From NCBI GenBank assembly GCA_043767985.1, contig JAYVKZ010000324.1:17083-81082 (forward strand): DNA of 64,000 nt, in the 5' to 3' direction. This DNA comes from Betaproteobacteria bacterium. GTDB taxonomy: Bacteria > Pseudomonadota > Gammaproteobacteria > Burkholderiales > Burkholderiaceae_E. The notes below the pieces were generated by a model that did no database searches, was not told the DNA's origin, and worked only from the letters and a program-made list of their open reading frames with translations. The position numbers were made by a program, and so were the translations under genes. Every line of letters starts with the position of its first letter. Position 1 is the stretch's first letter. This document shows positions 28,094 through 37,688 of the stretch, piece by piece.

Positions 28094-28822
28094 TCAGGCA
28101 AGCAAGAAGGTCAACAACAGCAGGTTCACAATGGCGGGCTGCTCTAAGGTGCTGATATGCCCACAATCCTCGATCACTTCGAAACGACAGTCTTGGCGAT
28201 GACGACGAATCGCCGCCGCGATGGCTTCATGGTCAGCGACCGTGGTCAACGTATCTTGTCGACCACAGGCGACCAGGGTGGGACAGGCGACTCGCGAAAG
28301 ATCGGGCAGGGAGTCGGGGCGACTCATCATAGCCTCTTGTTGAGCGATTTGCGCTTGATGACCAAGCGCTTTGGCCATCGCCATCGTGACCCCGGCGATT
28401 TCGGGCACGTTCACATGACTTGGCGCGAGAAAGCGCACGGGTAGGCTTTGGCTAAAGGCTTCCATCCCCAGTGTGGCGGCCTTGGCGCGGTCTGCCAGTC
28501 GCCCTTGTCGGTGGGCGTCATTATCGGGTGTGGCGCGGGTGTCGAGCAACGCTAGGTTAATGAGGCGCTCCGGTGCCTGCCGCAAAAGCTCAAAGGCAAT
28601 ATAGCCACCCATCGACAAACCAACACAATGAAACCGCTCTGGTTGGCTAGCCAAAATGCGCTCGCCGATGGCCTGCATCGAGGTTTCCTCTCGGAACATC
28701 ATGATTTGGCAATCGAATTTGTCTTTGAGCACTTCGAGTTGCGGCGCGTACAAACGCTCGTCACACAGATGGCCGGGGATGAACAGAAGGCGCTCTTTAG
28801 CGCTCGCATTACTCGCATTCAT
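28094..28822 (-). CDS. Alpha/beta-fold hydrolase
   Basis: Nucleophile elbow GLSMGG and C-terminal catalytic His (DCGHIS). The start at 28822 abuts the upstream stop codon (TGACATG). The ORF is open to 28861. Confidence 0.8.
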   Translation of the reverse strand: MNASNASAKERLLFIPGHLCDERLYAPQLEVLKDKFDCQIMMFREETSMQAIGERILASQPERFHCVGLSMGGYIAFELLRQAPERLINLALLDTRATPDNDAHRQGRLADRAKAATLGMEAFSQSLPVRFLAPSHVNVPEIAGVTMAMAKALGHQAQIAQQEAMMSRPDSLPDLSRVACPTLVACGRQDTLTTVADHEAIAAAIRRHRQDCRFEVIEDCGHISTLEQPAIVNLLLLTFLLA

Positions 28823-28823
28823 G

Positions 28824-30956
28824 TCAGGACTTACCGTAGGTGAAGGTGCTGGAGAAATCAATAATCCAATCGATGCTGTGCGGGTTCGCCATGGAGTCGC
28901 GATTCACCGCCTTCTCGAGCGGATGACCGAGCAAAATCCGTTTCACGGGCACCTCGAGTTTCTTGCCGGTCATGGTGCGCGGCACTTCGGGAATCGCGTA
29001 GGCCACATTGGGGACGTGACGGGCGGAGAGCTTGGTTTTAATGGCACTCAAAATTCGCTCGCCCAATTCGGCTGGCATGCCGGTGTTACCGCTTGCAGCC
29101 TCGGCGCCAGTCTTGGCAGGCCCTTTGGGGACGACGCTGGTTGAGGCAAAGCTCGGATCGCGCAACACCACAAACAGCGCCAAGAACGAAGGTTTGCCAA
29201 GATATTCAAGATCCACGACCAAAGAGTCGGCCACCTCCGTGAACTCTTCTACCACCCGGTACAGCTCACTGGTCCCCATACGGATACCGTAGCGGTTAAT
29301 GGTGGAGTCACTGCGGCCGTAAATTTTCGAAGTCACGCTTTCTTTGCGCTCGTTCAATTGCAGCCAATCGCCATGACGCCAGACGCCTGGATAGAGATCG
29401 AAATAGCTATTGAAGTACCGGCTGCCATCGTCATAGCCCCAGAAATACAGGGGCATGGAGGGAATCGGTTGCTTGCAGACTAACTCGCCCACCTGTCCCC
29501 GCAGGGACTTGCCTTCTTCATCGTAGGAATCAACATCGGTGGCCAAGCAACGGCATTGCATCTCGCCAGAATAGATGGGCAGCGTCGGCGAGCTACACAG
29601 GAACGCCGCACCCGGGTCGGTACCCCCTGAGATTGAACACAGAGCAATGTCTTTGCCGATGCCTTGATAAATCCACTCATGGCATTCCTCGCTCAGGGGC
29701 GATCCCGTGGAGCCGACGGAGCGTACCCTACTTAAGTCGAATTTTTTCGAAGGGTTCAAGCCAGCCTTAATGCACTGGGCCACAAAGGCCGGGCTAGTAC
29801 CGAAGAACGTCGCTTTTTCACGCGCTGCGAATTCAAAGGGCGCATGTAGATCTGGGTAGCCTGGGTTGCCATCAAAGAGCAAGACGGTGGCCCCCGTACC
29901 AAGCGTGGTGACCAACAGATTCCACATAATCCAACCGGTGGACGAGAACCAGTAAAAGCGGTCTTGCGGGCCAACATCCAAGTGAATGCCGGTTCCTTTG
30001 TAGGACTCGATGGTTGCACCGCCGTGCGAGTGCACGATGGGCTTCGGCATACCTGTTGTGCCCGAGGAATAGACAATCCACAAAGGCGTATTGAATTCAA
30101 CCGGCAGGTAATGGGGCGTTGCGACTTTGGCGTCCACCATCGCTTGGTGCCAATCGAGCACGCGGACCGGCCGATTCAAGCCACTCACATCCAGGCTGGC
30201 GCCTGCCGTCAAGTTGTCGACAAAAATGACCGCCTCAACGCTGGGTAAGGCTTGCAAGATCTCGAGCAAAGTGTCGCGCCGATCAAAGCCTTTACCGCCA
30301 TAGAAATACCCATCGACCGCGAAGATCACTTTGGGCTCAATTTGTTGGAAGCGGTCGGCCACACTCACCGTGCCCATATCAGGCGAGCAACTCGACCAAA
30401 TTGCGCCTAGGGAAGCCACCGCATTCAAAGCGACGACCGTATGGGGAATATTAGGCATGTAGGACACGACCCGATCACCCTTGCTGACGCCCAGGGCCTT
30501 CAAGGTTTGAGCCATCGACGCGACCTGCTGCTCAAGTGATGACCAGGAGATCGCGCCGCGCGTAAGACGCTCGCTGCGGTAGATCAAGGCAGGTCGTTTG
30601 CGCGAGGCTGCATCACTGGCCCGCGCCATCATGTGCTCGGCATAGTTAAGCGTTGCGCCTTCGAACCAACGGGTGCCAGGCATTTTGTTGGCATTGAGAA
30701 TACGTTGATAAGGCGTGTGCACCTTCATGGGCGCGAACTGCCAGAAGGCCTCCCAAAACACCTCAATGTCCTTGACCGACCATTCCCAGAGCTCCTCGTA
30801 GTTTTTAAAGCTCAAGCCCTTGTGCTGGTATAACCAAGCCTCAAAGCGTTTGAGTTGCGAGCCTGCAATGCGCGCTTGCGAGGGACGCCAAAGGACTTTA
30901 GGGGTAGATGGTTTAGCGAGAGCTAGATCGTTGGAAACAGATGTCTTGATGGACAT
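28824..30956 (-). CDS. aacS: Acetoacetate-CoA ligase (acetoacetyl-CoA synthetase)
   Basis: ~710-aa AMP-forming ligase with YSSGTTGMPKPIVHSHGG. The N-terminal region (LWRPSQARIAGSQLKRF) is typical of AacS. Confidence 0.88.
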   Translation of the reverse strand: MSIKTSVSNDLALAKPSTPKVLWRPSQARIAGSQLKRFEAWLYQHKGLSFKNYEELWEWSVKDIEVFWEAFWQFAPMKVHTPYQRILNANKMPGTRWFEGATLNYAEHMMARASDAASRKRPALIYRSERLTRGAISWSSLEQQVASMAQTLKALGVSKGDRVVSYMPNIPHTVVALNAVASLGAIWSSCSPDMGTVSVADRFQQIEPKVIFAVDGYFYGGKGFDRRDTLLEILQALPSVEAVIFVDNLTAGASLDVSGLNRPVRVLDWHQAMVDAKVATPHYLPVEFNTPLWIVYSSGTTGMPKPIVHSHGGATIESYKGTGIHLDVGPQDRFYWFSSTGWIMWNLLVTTLGTGATVLLFDGNPGYPDLHAPFEFAAREKATFFGTSPAFVAQCIKAGLNPSKKFDLSRVRSVGSTGSPLSEECHEWIYQGIGKDIALCSISGGTDPGAAFLCSSPTLPIYSGEMQCRCLATDVDSYDEEGKSLRGQVGELVCKQPIPSMPLYFWGYDDGSRYFNSYFDLYPGVWRHGDWLQLNERKESVTSKIYGRSDSTINRYGIRMGTSELYRVVEEFTEVADSLVVDLEYLGKPSFLALFVVLRDPSFASTSVVPKGPAKTGAEAASGNTGMPAELGERILSAIKTKLSARHVPNVAYAIPEVPRTMTGKKLEVPVKRILLGHPLEKAVNRDSMANPHSIDWIIDFSSTFTYGKS

Positions 30957-30984
30957 TGAGGCGGGCCTTGAAGATTAGCGCATA

Positions 30985-31680
30985 CTATTTCTTTAGGCGC
31001 TCATTTTGAGGGAACATCGCCTTCTTGGCGGCATCATCCATGTCCGCCTTAAAAGCATGCTTCGTTTTCATGGCCTCGGCGCGAACCGCTGCAGGCCTCG
31101 CAGAGATCTCGTCGAGCAGTCGCTTCACATTGGGAAAACTCGCCCAAGTGGCATCACCGGTGCCAAGCACAAAAGGAAGGACGCGGGCCCAGCCCCAAAA
31201 CGCCATATCAACCACCGAATATTGTGCACCAAGCATGTAATGGTTATGAGACAAATGCTTTTCCAAGACGTTCCAATGGCGGTGCGCCTCATAGTCGTAA
31301 CGATTGAGCGCATATTCCTTAGGCTCCGGCGCGGCATGCCTAAAATGCACCGATTGACCCGAGAACGGGCCAATGCCGCTGGCCACAAACATCATCCAAG
31401 AGAGCAGGGCGGCGCGACCAGCGGCATCGCTTTGAGCGGGAACAAACTTGTTCTCGCGATCACCAAGATACAAAAGAATGGCATTGCTGTCGAAAACAGT
31501 CACGCCCTTGTCTTCAATCGCTGGGACCTTGGAATTTGGGTTGACATGGGTGTAGCTGTCAGCATGCTGTTGCCCCATGCGAGTATCCACGGGCAGCGCT
31601 TCATAGGGAAGCCCAAGCTCCTCCAAAAGCAGGGCGACTTTCATCGGATTGGGCGCGGTATTGTAATAAAACTTCAGCAT
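30985..31680 (-). CDS. Glutathione S-transferase
   Basis: N-terminal thioredoxin-like fold (MLKFYYNTAPNPMKVALLLEELGLPYE...VPAIED). Confidence 0.85.
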   Translation of the reverse strand: MLKFYYNTAPNPMKVALLLEELGLPYEALPVDTRMGQQHADSYTHVNPNSKVPAIEDKGVTVFDSNAILLYLGDRENKFVPAQSDAAGRAALLSWMMFVASGIGPFSGQSVHFRHAAPEPKEYALNRYDYEAHRHWNVLEKHLSHNHYMLGAQYSVVDMAFWGWARVLPFVLGTGDATWASFPNVKRLLDEISARPAAVRAEAMKTKHAFKADMDDAAKKAMFPQNERLKK

Positions 31681-31741
31681 GGCTTCGGTGACCTTCGGAT
31701 GGTTATCAGAGTGTTAAACGCAACAAGACGTTTCGACCAGT

Positions 31742-32929
31742 CTACTTGGTTTCGGAAAACAGTTCACGTCCGATCAGCATCCGTCGAATCTCGGACGTGC
31801 CGGCACCAATCTCATAGAGCTTGGCGTCTCGCCACAAGCGCCCCGGTGAGTATTCATTGATATAGCCATTGCCACCTAGGCACTGAATCGCTTCACCGGC
31901 CATCCAAGTCGCCTTCTCCGCCGAGAATAGAATCGCGCCAGCGGCGTCCTTACGCAAACTTCGTACATCGACTTTGCCGTCGCGGCTCAAATCGCATTGC
32001 TTGCCCACTTCATAGACATAGGCCCGTGTCGCCATCATGGTTGAGTACATATCGGCAAGCTTGCCCTGCATCAACTGGAACTCGCCAATCGGTTGGCCGA
32101 ACTGTTTGCGGTCATGCACATAGGGGATGACCACGTCCATGCAGGCGGACATGATGCCAAGCGGCCCACCAGAGAGCACGGCACGCTCAAAGTCCAAGCC
32201 ACTCATCAACACATTAACGCCCTTGCCCAAACCTCCCAGCACGTTTTCGGCGGGGACCTCACAGTCTTGAAACACCAGCTCACCGGTGTGGCTGCCGCGC
32301 ATGCCAAGTTTGTCGAGCTTTTGGGCCACACTGAATCCTTTGAAGTGCTTTTCAACCAGGAAGGCGGTCATGCCGCGCGGGCCAGCCTCGAGATCGTTCT
32401 TGGCATAGATCACCATCACATCGGCATCTGGGCCATTAGTGATCCACATCTTACTGCCATTGAGAACCCAGCGATCGCCTTTGAACTCAGCACGAGTTTT
32501 CATCGACACGACGTCTGAACCCGCATTGGGTTCACTCATTGCGAGCGCGCCGATATACTCGCCGGAGATGAGCTTAGGCAAGTATTTGCGTTTTTGCTCC
32601 TCGGTCCCATTGCGAAAGATTTGGTTGACGCAAAGATTGGAATGCGCGCCGTAGGACAGGCCCACAGACGCGGAGCCTCGCGAGATTTCCTCCATGGCCA
32701 CGATATGGGCCAAATAACCTAGGCCTGCACCACCGTACTCTTCTGAGACCGTCACCCCCAAGATGCCCATATCGCCCATCTTGCGCCAAAGGTCCATTGG
32801 AAACTGGTCGGTTTTATCGATCTGGCCCGCCCTCGGGGTGATCTCGGCGGCGACGAACTGCTGCAAACTATCACGCAACATGGCGACATCTTCGCCGAGG
32901 TCGAATTGCATTCCGGGCATATTAGCCAT
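31742..32929 (-). CDS. ivd: Isovaleryl-CoA dehydrogenase
   Basis: [17 protein letters not shown], ...[11 protein letters not shown]... and [18 protein letters not shown] are close to IVD/LiuA sequences as I remember them. Confidence 0.88.
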   Translation of the reverse strand: MANMPGMQFDLGEDVAMLRDSLQQFVAAEITPRAGQIDKTDQFPMDLWRKMGDMGILGVTVSEEYGGAGLGYLAHIVAMEEISRGSASVGLSYGAHSNLCVNQIFRNGTEEQKRKYLPKLISGEYIGALAMSEPNAGSDVVSMKTRAEFKGDRWVLNGSKMWITNGPDADVMVIYAKNDLEAGPRGMTAFLVEKHFKGFSVAQKLDKLGMRGSHTGELVFQDCEVPAENVLGGLGKGVNVLMSGLDFERAVLSGGPLGIMSACMDVVIPYVHDRKQFGQPIGEFQLMQGKLADMYSTMMATRAYVYEVGKQCDLSRDGKVDVRSLRKDAAGAILFSAEKATWMAGEAIQCLGGNGYINEYSPGRLWRDAKLYEIGAGTSEIRRMLIGRELFSETK

Positions 32930-32980
32930 AGAGCTCTCCTGCTTTAAGAGCCCGTATTGTAGGCAATTTTGGCGGCGTTT

Positions 32981-33820
32981 CTAGCGCGCCTGTAAATGAA
33001 GGCCAGCATCGAGTTGAATGATCTCACCGGTCATGAGTGCAGCACCGGTACATATCCAAAAAATGGTCTCGGCAATTTCGGAGGGTTTGCCTACGCGCCT
33101 TAAAGGCGTACGTTCAATTTGGTGGGCGGCACGCTTTTGATAACTCTCGGGTTGGAGACGTTCGACAAAGCCTTCGGCGACCAGCGCTGGGCACACCGCA
33201 TTGACCCGAACTTCAGGAGCCAGGGCACGCGCCAGGCTTAAGGTCACCGCGTTCACGGCGGCTTTCGAGGCCCCATAGGCAAGGGAGGAGCCGCCGCCGT
33301 GAATGCCCGCATAGCTCGACAGGTTGACGATCGAGGAGGTCGGTCCCTCTACATCTCCGGCGGACTGGGTCGCTGCGCGTAAAGCTTGTGAGGCGGCGCG
33401 GGCCATTTGAAAGGTGCCAATGGTGTTAACAGCATAGATCGCATGAAAATCAGCCGCATGAATGCCCTCTAAATCGGCCTCGTCGCAAAACCGAGTGATC
33501 CCGGCGGCGTTCACCAATGCATCCATTCGCGCAAATCGCTCTAATGAGCTGGCGACCATGCTTCGGCACTGCCGGTCATCGGCGACATCGGCACGCACGA
33601 CCAAGCTACGTTGAAGTGCGCCCGGGTCCTCTTGAGATAGCTCGACGATGCGCTCATGAGCCGCCCGTTCATTATTCTCGTCAAACACATTGAAGCTCAC
33701 GTTCCAGCCCGCTTGCAAGAAACGGGTGGCGGTGGCCAAGCCGATGCCCGAGCCCGCACCGGTCACAAAGGCATGGCGAGTGACCGCGGTCGTCGTCAAT
33801 GCGACACCTTGGGTAACCAA
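32981..33820 (-). CDS. SDR-family oxidoreductase
   Basis: FVTGAGSGIG, NAAG and YGASKAA. The annotated start is TTG. An alternative TTG at 33799 overlaps the dctM stop codon (TTGA). Confidence 0.85.
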   Translation of the reverse strand: MVTQGVALTTTAVTRHAFVTGAGSGIGLATATRFLQAGWNVSFNVFDENNERAAHERIVELSQEDPGALQRSLVVRADVADDRQCRSMVASSLERFARMDALVNAAGITRFCDEADLEGIHAADFHAIYAVNTIGTFQMARAASQALRAATQSAGDVEGPTSSIVNLSSYAGIHGGGSSLAYGASKAAVNAVTLSLARALAPEVRVNAVCPALVAEGFVERLQPESYQKRAAHQIERTPLRRVGKPSEIAETIFWICTGAALMTGEIIQLDAGLHLQAR

Positions 33821-35109
33821 GTCACAATTGGCGGAAAGAAAATAATAATCAAAATCAGCAAGATCACGCAGCCAATAAAAGGCATGGCGGAGAGATAGAT
33901 GTCCTTCATCGTAATGTGCGGCGGGGCAACGCCCTTCATCACAAACAAGAGTAAACCAAAAGGCGGCGTGGTGTAGCCGATTTCCAAGGCCAGGAGCATG
34001 ATGATGCCAAACCAGGTGAGATCAAACCCTAGTGTCTTCGCCAGAGGGAAAAAGATCGGGGCGGTGAGCAACATCATGGACAGTTGGTCCATGAAACAAC
34101 CCAAGAAGAGAATGATGCCGATCATCACAAACAGCATGGCCATGGGGCCAATGTCCCAGGTCAGCGCATAGTTGATCAAGCCTGAACTGGCGCCGGTGAA
34201 AGCCAGTACCTGGGCAAAGGTACTCGAGGCAAAAATAATCAGAAAGGACATCACTGTGACGCGCAGTGAAGACTCCAAGGCCTTGCGAATGGCCTGCCAG
34301 GTCAGCGTGCGATAGCACAGCGCGAGGGCAATCACCATCATCACACCCAGGGCTGCAGCCTCGGTAGGAGTCGCCCATCCGACCAACATAATGGCCACCG
34401 AGCCGATGATGATGGTCACCATCGGCGTGATGTCAAAAGCCCATAGCCGCAGCTTCTCGGCGCGCGATATTTTTTCTGCTTTGTAGGAGGGCGCCGCCGA
34501 AGGATCAATCTTCACCCACACATAGATCAACACGGCATACATTAAGGCCAAGACCAAGCCCGGAATAATGCCTGCAATCAAGAGATCGCCAACATCGGTG
34601 CGACCTAGGGTTGCCAACAGCACCGTCAGTGCTGAGGGTGGAATAATCACCGCCAGACCGCCGACCCCCATGATGGGGCCAATGGACAGGTATTTGTTAT
34701 AGCCACGCTTAAGCATTTCAGGCACCATCAGGGAGCCGAGCAAGGCACAAGCACCCATGCTGGAGCCCGCCGGGCCTGCATAGGCGGTACCGCCTAAAAG
34801 CGTGACATAGGATAGCCGTGCCGGTACATTGCCGAGGAGTTTGTCGGTTGCATTAAAAAAGCGCTGCGCTAGCCCCGTGGTGAAGAAAAGATCGCCCATC
34901 AGTAAGAACATCGGGATCGGTACCAGCGCAAAACTAGTAATACCGCCAAAGCCGTTGTTGAGCACCTGAACAATGCCCTTCGTGCCTCCCATAAAAAGCA
35001 TGGCGGCGATGACATTGACACCGAGAAAGGCGATCGCGACCGGCAGGCCAATCAGCATTAGCCCGGTGACTGAGCCGAACAAGAGCGCGCAGGCCCAGTA
35101 CCATTCCAT
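33796..35109 (-). CDS. dctM: TRAP transporter large permease (DctM)
   Basis: 437 aa with ~12 TM segments and a DctM-like N-terminus. It follows the small-permease and SBP genes. Confidence 0.9.
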   Translation of the reverse strand: MEWYWACALLFGSVTGLMLIGLPVAIAFLGVNVIAAMLFMGGTKGIVQVLNNGFGGITSFALVPIPMFLLMGDLFFTTGLAQRFFNATDKLLGNVPARLSYVTLLGGTAYAGPAGSSMGACALLGSLMVPEMLKRGYNKYLSIGPIMGVGGLAVIIPPSALTVLLATLGRTDVGDLLIAGIIPGLVLALMYAVLIYVWVKIDPSAAPSYKAEKISRAEKLRLWAFDITPMVTIIIGSVAIMLVGWATPTEAAALGVMMVIALALCYRTLTWQAIRKALESSLRVTVMSFLIIFASSTFAQVLAFTGASSGLINYALTWDIGPMAMLFVMIGIILFLGCFMDQLSMMLLTAPIFFPLAKTLGFDLTWFGIIMLLALEIGYTTPPFGLLLFVMKGVAPPHITMKDIYLSAMPFIGCVILLILIIIFFPPIVTWLPKVSH

Positions 35110-35182
35110 AAAACTACCGTCCGGAGCAGATCGTAAAGGAGGCGCGCATCAAATACCGTGGAAAGAATTGATGAGGCATGAA

Positions 35183-35692
35183 TTAATGAGTCGTGTCATG
35201 AAGTATTTGTTCAACAGCTGTCTCAAGATAGCTCTCGCCACGGACAAAGAAACGCACAAACTCCAGAGCCATCATCGTGAAACAAATTGGGAAAAAGATC
35301 GTCAACATCCAGCGTGGCATGTCGAAGGAACGCACGTCTTTCGCGGCTTGATGGTAATCATCCCAAGCAATGACACCACCATAAAACGCCAAGACGGCGC
35401 AAATTAAGGCGCAAATCAGACAGGTGATACGAGACAGTCCGCGCTGTGCTTTGTCAGGCAAACTGGTCGTCAAAATCTCCACAAAGACATGACCCTTGTC
35501 GCGGACCAACCAGGGCGAGCCCAGGAGAGGCACTAGGAGCAAGGCATACTCCGTAAAGGTAAACAAATGCGAGGAGCTTTGCGTACCCAAGTTACGCAGG
35601 AGCACATCGATGGTGATACTCATCATCATGGCAAATAACAAAAACCCTGCTATCCAAGCCAGGGCATTGACGAGTTTATCGTAGAGCTTCAA
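35183..35692 (-). CDS. dctQ: TRAP transporter small permease (DctQ)
   Basis: 169 aa with 4 TM segments, positioned between the dctP and dctM genes. Confidence 0.8.
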   Translation of the reverse strand: MKLYDKLVNALAWIAGFLLFAMMMSITIDVLLRNLGTQSSSHLFTFTEYALLLVPLLGSPWLVRDKGHVFVEILTTSLPDKAQRGLSRITCLICALICAVLAFYGGVIAWDDYHQAAKDVRSFDMPRWMLTIFFPICFTMMALEFVRFFVRGESYLETAVEQILHDTTH

Positions 35693-35734
35693 AGTTTACG
35701 CCCGCGAAAATACGGGCCTGAGTCAAACATCGAA

Positions 35735-36742
35735 TCAGGGCGCCAACAACTTCAAGCCCTGATCATAGCCTTCAGTACCGCCAGCTTTTTCCATCCGCTC
35801 TTTCATACGAGCAAAGGATGCAGCACGCGCACCTTCAAGGAACTTTTTCTGACCGTCGGCGCTTAAGCTGATCGTTTTTATGCCACGCTTTTCGAGCTCC
35901 ACCATCTCTTTTTTACGCAACTCACCGAGTTCACTGACGCTGGAGATTTCATGCTCAATGCCCACCTTGGTGAGAATCTCGCGAGACTTGGCGGAAAGAC
36001 TATCCCATTTCTTCTTGTTGATTTGAATGGTCAAATCGGTCGAGAAAAATGCTGGGTTAATGCGGTACTTGATGAACTTGTCCCAGTTCGCATCCATTAA
36101 GCCAATCTCGGTCCAACCCATCATGTCGATGGTGCTGCGCTCAAGCGCCGTATAGATCTCTGAGGCATTAACATTGATGACCTGGGCACCGAGGAAGTTG
36201 GTAAAGAAGGCGTTATAGATCGCATTGCCGCGCATCTTTACGCCCTTGATATCCAAATTTCCCTGTGCGTCGAGCTTGGGTTCCTTGGTGCTCCACAGGT
36301 GAAAGCGAATGCCACTGTCGACCCACCCTAACAGATGAACACCGGCACGCTTTTCATGGGCGGCCCGCAAATACTCATAGCTTCCGTTCTTACGTGCGGT
36401 TGGACCGTCAATCGTCGAGGCCGATACTGCGTCGCATTCGGGCACAGCTGCGGCATAGAATGCGCAGGCGGCGTAAACCATGTCCACCACACCGGTACGC
36501 ACCGCATTGGCTTGTTCCATCATGCCAATCGCCTCAGGGCCGCCTCGCACGTTAATTTCAAACACACCCTTGCCCGCTTCATTGGCCTTCTTTACAAAAC
36601 TCAAGAAACTTTTGCTGTAAACGAAGTTCGACGGGAAGGCATGAACTGCCGAAATCTTGTCTTCGGCAAGCGCGGGGGTTGCCGCTAAGACGGCAAACAG
36701 CATTGCGCCAGCACTGGCCAGTGAAATCATCCATTTTTTCAT
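35735..36742 (-). CDS. dctP: TRAP transporter substrate-binding protein (DctP family)
   Basis: Signal peptide and DctP-like core (...NVRGGPEAIG...LWSTKEP...). Confidence 0.85.
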   Translation of the reverse strand: MKKWMISLASAGAMLFAVLAATPALAEDKISAVHAFPSNFVYSKSFLSFVKKANEAGKGVFEINVRGGPEAIGMMEQANAVRTGVVDMVYAACAFYAAAVPECDAVSASTIDGPTARKNGSYEYLRAAHEKRAGVHLLGWVDSGIRFHLWSTKEPKLDAQGNLDIKGVKMRGNAIYNAFFTNFLGAQVINVNASEIYTALERSTIDMMGWTEIGLMDANWDKFIKYRINPAFFSTDLTIQINKKKWDSLSAKSREILTKVGIEHEISSVSELGELRKKEMVELEKRGIKTISLSADGQKKFLEGARAASFARMKERMEKAGGTEGYDQGLKLLAP

Positions 36743-36847
36743 TTCTTTCTCCCAATATTTGTGATGAGACGCGTCCGCGCTCTTTGGCGTTTAGGTCGTA
36801 TAAAGCAATCCTACCTGAATTTACAGCCCCAAAGGTCGTGGACAACC

Positions 36848-37642
36848 CTAACCATGGTTCAAAAACTCGTCCACCGAAACCTGCGGCGGCTTGGCAAAGT
36901 TGGAACGACGGCTCACGCCGATACCACATTGACGACGCAAATCAATCGCCGCAATGGTTTGCTTGGCGATGACCGAGAGTCCGTTAATGATGGGTGCACC
37001 GCCCATAGCCGCACCGTGCACACCACCATAGAGCAACATGGGAAGGCCACCTGCCGGCACAATGACATCTGCACCAGCATTGAGCAGGGCGTTCACCTCA
37101 CGCTCGAATTTGGGGTACAGGGCCTTGTATCCTTCCGGCGAGGCAAAAGCATCCATAAAGTCGCTCACCTTGGCATCCACCGCACGCACACCCACGACTC
37201 TTTGCTGCATGCCGTAGCGATTGATTTGATCCTCGTGCCAGGGGATAAAGATCGGATTGATCGTGATCAGCCCAAGCTTGCGGCCCAGCATTAAGGAGTA
37301 GGTAAGCGTGGTTTCGCCCAAGCCAAGCACGGGGATGTCCACGAGAGATTTGCATTCGGCCAGACCGGCGTCCTGAAAATGCGTGATGGCGACTGCGTCA
37401 TAGCCTTGCTTTTCCGCCTCAACCGAATTCTTCATGAAAGTTCGCGCCATGCGAAATTCCGTCACCGCGTGAGTAGTGGTAGCAGGGGGGTTCGCGCCAT
37501 TGAAAGAAAATTCCACCCCGGGCCCTAGTATTTCGGCCATATGCTTTTCAAGCTTGGAAATATAAGGGGAATGCTGGCCTCGTCCGGTCGCCCCCTGAAA
37601 CCAAATACGATATCGCGGCCGGGTGATTGCAGAGCTTTCCAT
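36848..37642 (-). CDS. Asp/Glu/hydantoin racemase-family protein
   Basis: GYDAVAITHFQDAGL...VLGLGE and ...VIVPAGG pattern. It lies first in the TRAP operon. Confidence 0.65.
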   Translation of the reverse strand: MESSAITRPRYRIWFQGATGRGQHSPYISKLEKHMAEILGPGVEFSFNGANPPATTTHAVTEFRMARTFMKNSVEAEKQGYDAVAITHFQDAGLAECKSLVDIPVLGLGETTLTYSLMLGRKLGLITINPIFIPWHEDQINRYGMQQRVVGVRAVDAKVSDFMDAFASPEGYKALYPKFEREVNALLNAGADVIVPAGGLPMLLYGGVHGAAMGGAPIINGLSVIAKQTIAAIDLRRQCGIGVSRRSNFAKPPQVSVDEFLNHG

Positions 37643-37688
37643 GGGGAGTCCTTATTTGATCGGGCGGGAGATCTTCTTGCCAAAAGAT

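Noticed and set aside
31006-31860. 284-aa plus-strand ORF covering the GST gene region
   Set aside because: It is antisense to a well-supported GST gene. Its Arg/His/Gly-rich composition is typical of shadow ORFs in GC-rich DNA, and it has no recognisable motifs.
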